Below are positions 47,890-55,927 of a stretch of DNA of 55,927 bases, in pieces. The first letter of the stretch is position 1, and every line of letters starts with the position of its first letter. The DNA is from a virus (Duplodnaviria; Caudoviricetes), in IMG/VR virus record IMGVR_UViG_3300013093_000056, positions 1 through 55,927 of that record; one strand, given 5' to 3'. Under the pieces are notes generated by a model. It was not told where the DNA came from. It saw only the letters and a program-made list of their open reading frames with translations, and made no database searches. The position numbers and the translations under genes are program-made.

Positions 47890-50514
47890 ATGGCACACGC
47901 CAATAACCTATTTCAACTTAAACGTACGTCTGTATCCGGACGTCAGCCAAACACCACAAATCTTGCAGTCGGTGAATTGGCTCTTAACATGGCTGATGGA
48001 ATTGTTTATTCCTCAAATGGCACATACGTTTTTGAAATAGGTTCTAATAACACTAACGCTAGTGTTTCTGGTAATCTCACAGTCAAAGCTATCATAGCAA
48101 ACAATAATCTAGGAACTGCTGGTCAAGTACTTGCTGCTAATAGCACTGGTGGTGCTTATTGGGGCTCTCCATCTTCATTAATTGGATATACTGGTTCACA
48201 GGGAACATCTGGATTCACAGGTTCACAAGGTGGAACAGGTTACATTGGATCCCAAGGTGTTCAAGGATCAACAGGATTTACTGGTTCTGTTGGTAATGAA
48301 GGTTACACAGGGTCGTCTGGATTCACAGGATCAATAGGTTCATTAGGTTACACAGGTTCTTTTGGTACAACTGGATTTACAGGTTCACATGGCACTCAAG
48401 GTGATACAGGTTTTGTTGGATCACAGGGTACACAAGGAACAACTGGATTTGTAGGTTCTCAGGGTGGAACAGGTTATACAGGATCTCAGGGTTCTCAAGG
48501 TTCGTTAGGTTATACTGGTTCATTTGGTTCAACAGGTTTCACTGGTTCACAGGGTACACAAGGAACAACAGGTTTTGCTGGTTCTCAGGGTACACAAGGA
48601 ACAACTGGGTTCACAGGTTCACAAGGAACGCAGGGTACAACAGGTTTTGCAGGATCGCAAGGTACACAAGGAACAACAGGATTTGTTGGTTCTCAGGGTG
48701 GAACAGGTTATACTGGTTCATTCGGTTCAACTGGTTATGTAGGATCACAAGGTGTTGGTTATACTGGTTCTACAGGCTACGTAGGATCGAAAGGTGATGT
48801 TCAACCAGCAAACGTTGTGTTTGGTGATACTCCTCCTTCTTCACCTTACACAGGATTACTTTGGTTCGATACTAACAATGCTATCTTTAATGCTTACTAT
48901 CAACCAGCTAACAATTGGATTGGTATCAACGGTGGTGGTTTTGGTCCTACAGGATACACAGGATCAGTAGGTGCATTTGCAGCAATTGGATATACTGGTT
49001 CTCAAGGTATTCAAGCTAATCTATTAAATGTAAATTCTGATATTATTCCTTCACAATCAAATGTGTTTACACTGGGCAACTCAACATTCTCTTGGGCTTC
49101 ACTTTATCTTGGTTCTAACTCAATTACGTTTACTGACGTATTGACAAATACCTCTCAGATTCTTTCTGTTGCAAATAGTGTTTTCTATATTACATCAGGA
49201 GCAGGAACAAATACTCAGTTTAATCCTAATGCAGGATTCAATGCTGGTGGTATTATTCTTCAAAACTATCAAGTTAAATTAGCAAATACTCAACAGCTTC
49301 TTTACTTTAATACTCCACTTGGTATTGGTAATGCTGTTGCTAATTCTGCACAGACTGCATTCTTTGTAAGTAATACTGGGTTTACTACTATTCAAAATAA
49401 TCTTCAAATTATTAACCCTATTACGCAGACTAATGTTGCACCATTTACTATTCAAAGTCAATTAGGAACCCCACAACCATTTACGTATACAGGTACAACA
49501 ATCTATACTATTAATTCTGCTAATCTTTCTAATAGAACTGTATATGATTCTTATGGAAATGGCACATATGTTTCTATTGCTGCTCGTACTTCAAGAGGAA
49601 CAATATCAAATCCTTCAGGGCTACAGGCTAATGATATAATTCTTCGTATATCTGCAAATGGATATAGAACAACAGGTTTTGGTTCACAGGGTTCTGCACG
49701 TATAGATTTTAGATCAATAGATAGTTTCTCTGATGTTCAAAATGGTTCTCAAATTGATTTCTGGGCAACCCCATTAGGTTCAAATGTAATTACAGAGGTG
49801 GCTACAGTAACAGCAACCGGTATAACTGCAACCTCATTTACTGCAGGTTATAGTACACAAAATACATACGTATCCCCTACTACAGTTTCTACAAATAATA
49901 TAGTATTAGCCAACACATTTAGTGCTAATGGTAGTACAGGATTATCTGGACAAATCTTGACATCAAGTGGTGCTAACAATGCATCATGGCAATGGAAAAA
50001 CCAGTCATTTACTCTAGGTTCAAATTTAGCTTTAAGTACAGCCACAGTTGCCCAGAGTCTATTTGGTGTAGGTGTACAAGTAGCAAATAATTCTAGATAT
50101 GCTATTTCTATGTCAGGTTCAATGACATATACTGGTGGTGGTCCTGCAGGTGCAGGTAATATGGGATTTGGTTTTGGTGGCACTGCAAACTTATCTAGTG
50201 TATACTATCAAACATCTACTCTAGTTAGTGCTACAGAAACAGTATCAGGCTCTGCTGCTGATTATCAAGCATTTAGATTAACAAGCGGATTTACTGCAAA
50301 TTCATCAACTAATCCTGTAACTAACTTTAACAAGACATATTTAATTTTCAATGTACAAGGTGTGATTAATGTTGCAAATGGTGGTACTTTAATACCCCAA
50401 TATGATTCAGATCACTCACCTACATCACTTACATTACTTGCCCTTTCATCGGTTACATTAGAATTGCTAGGTAATGATAGTAAGTCAAATTCAGTGACTG
50501 GGACATGGGCATAA
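47890..50514 (+). CDS. Collagen-like tail fibre
   Basis: FQLKRTSVSGR.P...LAVGELA head, G(F/Y)TGSQ repeats, PPSSP..GLLWFD motif, RTSRGT.SNP and IDFWATP fibre motifs. Confidence 0.82.
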   Translation: MAHANNLFQLKRTSVSGRQPNTTNLAVGELALNMADGIVYSSNGTYVFEIGSNNTNASVSGNLTVKAIIANNNLGTAGQVLAANSTGGAYWGSPSSLIGYTGSQGTSGFTGSQGGTGYIGSQGVQGSTGFTGSVGNEGYTGSSGFTGSIGSLGYTGSFGTTGFTGSHGTQGDTGFVGSQGTQGTTGFVGSQGGTGYTGSQGSQGSLGYTGSFGSTGFTGSQGTQGTTGFAGSQGTQGTTGFTGSQGTQGTTGFAGSQGTQGTTGFVGSQGGTGYTGSFGSTGYVGSQGVGYTGSTGYVGSKGDVQPANVVFGDTPPSSPYTGLLWFDTNNAIFNAYYQPANNWIGINGGGFGPTGYTGSVGAFAAIGYTGSQGIQANLLNVNSDIIPSQSNVFTLGNSTFSWASLYLGSNSITFTDVLTNTSQILSVANSVFYITSGAGTNTQFNPNAGFNAGGIILQNYQVKLANTQQLLYFNTPLGIGNAVANSAQTAFFVSNTGFTTIQNNLQIINPITQTNVAPFTIQSQLGTPQPFTYTGTTIYTINSANLSNRTVYDSYGNGTYVSIAARTSRGTISNPSGLQANDIILRISANGYRTTGFGSQGSARIDFRSIDSFSDVQNGSQIDFWATPLGSNVITEVATVTATGITATSFTAGYSTQNTYVSPTTVSTNNIVLANTFSANGSTGLSGQILTSSGANNASWQWKNQSFTLGSNLALSTATVAQSLFGVGVQVANNSRYAISMSGSMTYTGGGPAGAGNMGFGFGGTANLSSVYYQTSTLVSATETVSGSAADYQAFRLTSGFTANSSTNPVTNFNKTYLIFNVQGVINVANGGTLIPQYDSDHSPTSLTLLALSSVTLELLGNDSKSNSVTGTWA

Positions 50515-50523
50515 AATGACATC

Positions 50524-50531
50524 AATAAATA
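50524..50531 (+). promoter_or_regulatory. Late promoter variant
   Basis: AATAAATA in the intergenic gap before 50560. Confidence 0.5.
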
Positions 50532-50559
50532 TCAATAGTGTAATTATAAAGTAAGATAG

Positions 50560-53500
50560 ATGGCTTTAAGTTTTCCTTCAAATCCGTATCAGGGTCAGAC
50601 AGCAACAACTGGTGGTAGAAACTGGGTGTTCAATGGATCTGAGTGGGTAAGCTCAGGTGCAGTAGGTTATCAAGGATCGACTGGTTACTTTGGGTCCACT
50701 GGTTATTTTGGCTCGACTGGATTTTTTGGTTCAACTGGTTATCAAGGCTCTGTTGGTGTAGGTTATCAAGGTTCACAGGGTTATACAGGATCTCAAGGTC
50801 CTCAGGGTGTTGCTGGTTCTTCTACAACATCATTTAAATATCATGCAAATACTACATCTACTGCTAATGGATATCCTGGAGCTGGTTATTACACTTATAA
50901 TAATGGTTCGCAAATTTCTGCGACGGCAATTTACATCAGTCATGTTACAGCAGATTCACCAGGCGTAGATATTGATTTGTATCTTGGATTACTTGCTAAT
51001 CAGCAACCTTTAATTATCCAAGATCAATCTAGCAGTGAAAACAATCAGCACTTTTTAATTTCTGCTACACCAATAAACTATAACTCAGGCACTGCAAATA
51101 GTTATTGGTATGTTCCTGTTACTATTGTTTCTGCTAATGGTACAGGTGATACCAATTTCTCTCAATCAACTTCATTGTTTCTTTCTGTTGTCTATGGAGC
51201 GACAGGTTATACTGGATCTCAAGGTGGTAATGGCTATACTGGATCACAAGGGTATAATGGATCTGTAGGTTTCACTGGTTCTCAAGGTAATGATGGTTAT
51301 CTTGGTTCTATTGGATTCACTGGTTCACAAGGAACTTCTGGATATACAGGATCGCAAGGTGGAACTGGATATAATGGTTCTACTGGTTTCACAGGTTCGT
51401 TGGGGTATACAGGTTCGTTTGGTTCTACTGGATTTACAGGATCTCAGGGTACACAAGGAACAACAGGATTTGTTGGTTCACAAGGTGGTACTGGATACAC
51501 AGGTTCTCAAGGATCTCAAGGTTCAACTGGTTTTACAGGATCACAGGGTACGAATGGTTTCACTGGATCTACTGGTTTTGTAGGTTCACAAGGAACCGTA
51601 GGCTATACTGGTTCATTTGGTTCTACTGGGTTTACTGGTTCTCAAGGTAATCAAGGAACTTCTGGTTTCACTGGTTCGCAGGGAACTCAAGGAACTACAG
51701 GATTTGTTGGTTCACAAGGTGGAACAGGATACACTGGTTCTCAAGGATCTCAAGGCTCTGTTGGTTACACAGGATCGTTTGGTTCAACTGGTTTTACTGG
51801 TTCACAAGGTAATCAAGGAACAACAGGTTATGTAGGTTCTACAGGTTCTCAGGGTTCAGAAGGATATACAGGATCCCAAGGTACAAATGGTTTTACTGGT
51901 TCACAAGGAACTCAAGGAACAACTGGTACTACTGGTTTTACTGGCTCTCAAGGTGGAACAGGTTATATTGGATCACAGGGTGCTCAAGGAACAACTGGTT
52001 TTACAGGATCTACAGGATTCGTTGGTTCTCAGGGTATTGCTGGATATGTTGGTTCTACAGGATTTGTTGGATCTCAGGGTATTGCTGGATATGTTGGTTC
52101 TACAGGATTCGTTGGTTCTCAGGGTATTACTGGATATGTAGGTTCCACAGGTTTTGTTGGATCCCAAGGTGTAAACGGATATACAGGATCACAAGGACCA
52201 CAAGGAACATTTGGTGGTGAGACTGTTGATTATATATTCAACACATCCACATCAGCAGCTAATCCTGGAACAGGTCAAGTTGCATTTAACAGTGCAAACG
52301 TTTCTTCTGCTTCATACTTATATATCAATCAAAATGATAACTACGGAACAAACACATATAACTTCCTACTAACTATTGATGCTTCGACTTCTTCTATTAG
52401 AGGTCACTTCATGATTATGGACAGTGCAAACAATGCAGATTATGCAATGTTTGCTATTACAGGATCGCACACATATTCGTCACCTTATGTTACTGTTCCA
52501 GTTTCCTATCTTTCTGGTGTAACTTCATTTAATGCAAGTCAAAATGTAGTATTGACATTTGCTGTTACTGGTGACAAAGGTGATATTGGTTATACTGGAT
52601 CACAAGGTGTACAAGGATCTTTGGGATATACAGGTTCTACTGGATTTGTTGGTTCACGTGGTACAACTGGTACCACAGGTACAACTGGTTATACAGGATC
52701 ACAAGGAACTTTTGCTAACGGTTCTTCTGCAACAATAAACAATCTTGTAATTACTGGTGTACTAACTGCTAATGGAGCAAATGGTGCAGGACAGTTCCTT
52801 GTTTCAAACAATACAGGTGGTATCTATTGGGCTTCAGAATCTATTGCAAATACTGTAACTGCTAATTCTATTAATGCAGTAGCTATTGTTACTTCAACTC
52901 TAAATGCTGATTATCTAAACATTGGTAAGGGTTATCTTACTGTAGGTAATTCTACCTCAAACACTATTATTACCAACAACTCAATTGTAGTAACATCTGC
53001 CAATGTAAACTATATTGCAGCTAACGGTGTTTATGGTACAACAGGTCAAGTTCTCACTTCAAATAGTACAGGTGGAGTATATTGGTCCACAACTGTTGGT
53101 TATTCAGGTTCTGCAGGATTTACAGGTTCTCAAGGTGGAACTGGATATGTAGGATCAGCAGGTTCTACAGGATTCACAGGATCACAGGGAACTCAAGGTA
53201 CAGTTGGATATACAGGTTCACAAGGATCTAATGGATCGACTGGATTCACAGGATCACAAGGAACTACAGGTTATACCGGTTCGACAGGTAGCCAAGGAAC
53301 TGCTGGTTATACTGGTTCAACGGGTAGCCAAGGAACTGCTGGTTATACTGGTTCTACTGGTGTTGGATATACAGGTTCTGCTGGATTTGCAAATGGCCAA
53401 TCACTATCTGTAAACAATATTATTATCACTGGAACATTTACTGCTAATAGTGTAGTAGGTACTGGTGGACAAATACTAACATCAAATAGTTCTGGTGGCG

Positions 53501-54372
53501 TTTATTGGTCTAACAGCTCTTATTCTATAACATCTAACGTTGTTACTTCTAATGTAATCATTACTAATACATTAGCTTCCGACTTTATCAACATTGGTAT
53601 AGGTAACCTTACAGTTGGTAATTCAACATCAAACTCTGTAGTAAGTAATTCTGGATTAATTGTTTCCACAACAGCAACTAATACGGTGTATGGTATTGGT
53701 ATTACAGCCAACAATACTCTAGGAACAGCTGGCCAAGTATTAACAACGAATGGTACTGGAATATACTGGGCAACTTCTACAGGTGGTAGTGGTAGTGGAA
53801 ATTATATGTTCACTTCGAGCAATACAGCTCCTTCAAGCCCTGCAGTTGGTGATCGTTGGTATAATACTGATTACGGAATTGAACTAGTTTACTTACTAGA
53901 TCCTAATGGTCAAGCATATCAGTGGGTCGATATGTCTTCTGGTGGTTTAACAGGTGCTAACGGTGCTATTGGTTACACAGGATCACAAGGTTCTGGATAC
54001 ACAGGTTCTGTTGGTTATACTGGTTCTATTGGACCTGCAGGTAATGCAGGATTCACTGGTTCCACTGGTTACAGCTATGTAGTTTCAAATAAAACAACTT
54101 CTTATACACTACAAGTTTCTGATTACATTAGCTTGATAACAACAAATAGCAATATAATTATTCCAGCTAGTACATTTACTGCTGGTCAATCAATTAGTGT
54201 ATTTAATTCTAATAGTTCTAATATCTCTATTTCATCAGCATCGGGAGTTACCGCATATCTTGTTGGTACATCTAATACGAGTACAAGAACTGTATTACCA
54301 TATGGTTTAGCTACCATCCTATGCGTTAATACATCTAACGTGTTCGTTATTACCGGTGGAGGTGTGTTCTGA
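50560..54372 (+). CDS. Collagen-like tail fibre
   Basis: 1270 aa; FPSNP...W head, long Gly-X-Y tracts, DASTSSIRGH module, G..GQVLT.N..G.YW repeats, KTTSYTL..D C-terminal domain. Confidence 0.85.
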   Translation: MALSFPSNPYQGQTATTGGRNWVFNGSEWVSSGAVGYQGSTGYFGSTGYFGSTGFFGSTGYQGSVGVGYQGSQGYTGSQGPQGVAGSSTTSFKYHANTTSTANGYPGAGYYTYNNGSQISATAIYISHVTADSPGVDIDLYLGLLANQQPLIIQDQSSSENNQHFLISATPINYNSGTANSYWYVPVTIVSANGTGDTNFSQSTSLFLSVVYGATGYTGSQGGNGYTGSQGYNGSVGFTGSQGNDGYLGSIGFTGSQGTSGYTGSQGGTGYNGSTGFTGSLGYTGSFGSTGFTGSQGTQGTTGFVGSQGGTGYTGSQGSQGSTGFTGSQGTNGFTGSTGFVGSQGTVGYTGSFGSTGFTGSQGNQGTSGFTGSQGTQGTTGFVGSQGGTGYTGSQGSQGSVGYTGSFGSTGFTGSQGNQGTTGYVGSTGSQGSEGYTGSQGTNGFTGSQGTQGTTGTTGFTGSQGGTGYIGSQGAQGTTGFTGSTGFVGSQGIAGYVGSTGFVGSQGIAGYVGSTGFVGSQGITGYVGSTGFVGSQGVNGYTGSQGPQGTFGGETVDYIFNTSTSAANPGTGQVAFNSANVSSASYLYINQNDNYGTNTYNFLLTIDASTSSIRGHFMIMDSANNADYAMFAITGSHTYSSPYVTVPVSYLSGVTSFNASQNVVLTFAVTGDKGDIGYTGSQGVQGSLGYTGSTGFVGSRGTTGTTGTTGYTGSQGTFANGSSATINNLVITGVLTANGANGAGQFLVSNNTGGIYWASESIANTVTANSINAVAIVTSTLNADYLNIGKGYLTVGNSTSNTIITNNSIVVTSANVNYIAANGVYGTTGQVLTSNSTGGVYWSTTVGYSGSAGFTGSQGGTGYVGSAGSTGFTGSQGTQGTVGYTGSQGSNGSTGFTGSQGTTGYTGSTGSQGTAGYTGSTGSQGTAGYTGSTGVGYTGSAGFANGQSLSVNNIIITGTFTANSVVGTGGQILTSNSSGGVYWSNSSYSITSNVVTSNVIITNTLASDFINIGIGNLTVGNSTSNSVVSNSGLIVSTTATNTVYGIGITANNTLGTAGQVLTTNGTGIYWATSTGGSGSGNYMFTSSNTAPSSPAVGDRWYNTDYGIELVYLLDPNGQAYQWVDMSSGGLTGANGAIGYTGSQGSGYTGSVGYTGSIGPAGNAGFTGSTGYSYVVSNKTTSYTLQVSDYISLITTNSNIIIPASTFTAGQSISVFNSNSSNISISSASGVTAYLVGTSNTSTRTVLPYGLATILCVNTSNVFVITGGGVF
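52009..52170 (+). repeat. 45 nt coding tandem repeat, three near-identical units plus a partial unit
   Basis: Unit TCTACAGGATT(C/T)GTTGG(T/A)TCTCAGGGTATT(G/A)CTGGATATGT(T/A)GGT encodes STGFVGSQGIAGYVG. Confidence 0.85.
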
Positions 54373-55277
54373 TGCTTGGTTCTCTATTTACCGGTCAAGG
54401 TACAGGACCTGGTGGAGGTCCAGAAGTAATATATGGAAGTAATACATTCACTACCCCTGGTACATTTACGTGGAATTGTCCAACAGGTGTGACGCTCGTA
54501 TCGGTAGTATGTATTGGTGGTGGTGGAGGTGGTGGCAATTCTCTCAACTCAGGTTCTGCAGGCGGCGGTGGCGGTGGAGTTGGTTGGAAAAATAATATTC
54601 CAGTTACACCAGGAAATGGTTATACTGTAGTAGTGGGTGCTGGTGGTATTCCAAGTGGTGCTAATGCAACAGCTTCTCCTCCTGGATCCAATAGTTATTT
54701 TATTAGTAATACAACTGTAATGGGAATAGGTGGAGGTGGTGGATTTAATTCTGCTGGCGGCACAGGTGGTGGGTATGTTGGCGATGGTGGAGGTGCTGGT
54801 GGATCAGGTGCTAATACACCAGTAAACTACAATAGCTCTGGTGGTGGTGGAGCAGGAGGTTATTTAGGAGCTGGTGGTAATGGTGGTGATGTATCAGGAG
54901 GTGGTAGTAATCCTGGTAGCGGTGGTGGTGCTGCAGGTGGGTCAGGTGGAGGAAATGCTTCTGCTGGAGGTGGTGGAGGTACTGGTATTTTAGGTATAAG
55001 TTTAAGTGGATTAGGAGCTGCAAATTCTACTACTGTTGGTAACGCAACTGTGGGGTATGGTGGTAGTAGTGGTTCTGATGGATCCTATGGTAGCACATCA
55101 ACATCAAATTTAGGCGTAGGTACTTCAAACTATGGAGGTGCTGGTGGACTATATGGAGGTGGTGGTGGTGGAGCAACTATTGAATTTGGAGGATCGTTTG
55201 GTGGTTCAGGTGCTAACGGTGCTGTAAGAATTATTTGGGGATTGAATGTATCTTTCCCATACAATGCCCGATACTAA
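54372..55277 (+). CDS. Glycine-rich (polyglycine) adhesin-like protein
   Basis: FTTPGTFTW.CP.GV..VSVVCIGGGGGG ... GANGAVRIIWG; TGATG coupling to the upstream fibre. Confidence 0.8.
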   Translation: MLGSLFTGQGTGPGGGPEVIYGSNTFTTPGTFTWNCPTGVTLVSVVCIGGGGGGGNSLNSGSAGGGGGGVGWKNNIPVTPGNGYTVVVGAGGIPSGANATASPPGSNSYFISNTTVMGIGGGGGFNSAGGTGGGYVGDGGGAGGSGANTPVNYNSSGGGGAGGYLGAGGNGGDVSGGGSNPGSGGGAAGGSGGGNASAGGGGGTGILGISLSGLGAANSTTVGNATVGYGGSSGSDGSYGSTSTSNLGVGTSNYGGAGGLYGGGGGGATIEFGGSFGGSGANGAVRIIWGLNVSFPYNARY

Positions 55278-55299
55278 ATAAAAATAAAAGGTAATATAA

Positions 55300-55800
55300 A
55301 TGGCAACCAATTTTCCAGCAAATCCTATTCAAGGTCAAACTTATACAAATGGGTATAAGACCTGGAGTTATACTGGTGTTTTTTGGCAAGCTGTTTTAAC
55401 TTCCGGATCATCAGCAGGATCTACTACATATGACTTTGATGACATATCATACTATATAAACGGATATAATAATACTTTTCAATTATCATATAACCAAAGC
55501 AACGTTGCTATAACAAGTACTTCAAGTTTAATTGTAGCTGTTAATGGAATACTACAAAGATCTTTTTCATATAACGTTGATACGGTATGGATGAGTGGAG
55601 TACTTTTTGCAAATAAAGGATATACTGTCGTTACCTCAAATACAGCAGTAACAAATACAGCAATTTCTTCTGGTGTATTAAAATTTGCAGAGGCTCCTCC
55701 AATTAATGCTGACGTGTATATCAGATATATTGGTGGAACACCAAATACCACAACAAAAATTTACCCATTCACACCAGTTGACATTGTAATGGGCTTTTAA
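55300..55800 (+). CDS. Fibre-associated adaptor-like protein
   Basis: FPANP..GQTYT...W.Y.G..W head; DDIS..NG...FQL..VNGILQ..F.EAP module. Confidence 0.72.
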   Translation: MATNFPANPIQGQTYTNGYKTWSYTGVFWQAVLTSGSSAGSTTYDFDDISYYINGYNNTFQLSYNQSNVAITSTSSLIVAVNGILQRSFSYNVDTVWMSGVLFANKGYTVVTSNTAVTNTAISSGVLKFAEAPPINADVYIRYIGGTPNTTTKIYPFTPVDIVMGF

Positions 55801-55807
55801 TTAATTT

Positions 55808-55815
55808 TATAAATA
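55808..55815 (+). promoter_or_regulatory. T4-type late promoter
   Basis: TATAAATA upstream of the next ORF. Confidence 0.75.
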
Positions 55816-55850
55816 GAAGACAGATTATTATTATTTTCAGGGAATGAAAA

Positions 55851-55927
55851 ATGGCTAGAAAAGCAATTTTAGATACTTATTATACATTTAATCCTGCAAC
55901 AAGAACTATTGTTGTACCAAGAGCAAT
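55851..55927 (+). CDS. N-terminus of a structural protein, truncated by the window end
   Basis: MARKAILDTYYTFNPATRTIVVPRA..., open to the end of the window. Confidence 0.7.
   Translation, partial: MARKAILDTYYTFNPATRTIVVPRA

Noticed and set aside
48524-53413. Alternate-frame Leu/Val/Gln-rich ORFs over the collagen genes
   Set aside because: Frame-shifted shadows of GGT/GGA repeat codons with no RBS
39900-54100. CRISPR array or DGR template/variable repeats in the repetitive region
   Set aside because: Repeats are in-frame Gly-X-Y coding units varying at third codon positions; there are no unique spacers, no adenine-specific mismatch pair and no reverse transcriptase in the window
1-55927. 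Alternative genetic code (stop codon reassignment)
   Set aside because: Core genes are full length under code 11 and coding density is high; the VrlC-like split involves a frame change, not an in-frame stop

Overview
AT-rich segment of a large T4-like myophage genome read in the standard genetic code. The host is probably an alphaproteobacterium, judged from the tmRNA type. 1-10.9 kb holds early/middle genes: small hypotheticals behind sigma70-like promoters, RNase H, PhoH, a Cas4-like exonuclease, two 2OG-Fe(II) oxygenases, a circularly permuted two-piece tmRNA, gp33, a PMI-type cupin, gp59 and gp32. 10.9-15.6 kb is a minus-strand late operon: gp4, gp2, a tube-family protein, gp26, an unannotated gp51-like ORF and a tape-measure-like protein. 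15.6-36.9 kb is the baseplate operon: gp48, gp53, hub, a split gp5 carrying lysozyme, dead-amidase and M15 peptidase modules, gp25, gp6, gp7-like, gp8, a split DUF4815/VrlC-like protein with a Hint domain, and an S74-chaperoned fibre. 36.8-55.9 kb holds a three-domain glycosyltransferase transcribed divergently from a ~16 kb cluster of modular, proline-poor Gly-X-Thr collagen-like fibre genes ending in a glycine-rich adhesin. The strongest candidates for undescribed biology are (i) a glycosyltransferase plus collagen-fibre virion glycosylation system, (ii) a -1 slippery site that could fuse gp26 to gp51 directly upstream of the tape measure gene, (iii) a BIL-type Hint domain ending HN|K inside a structural protein, and (iv) the permuted phage tmRNA. 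All family calls come from motif recognition by eye and synteny; no searches were run.
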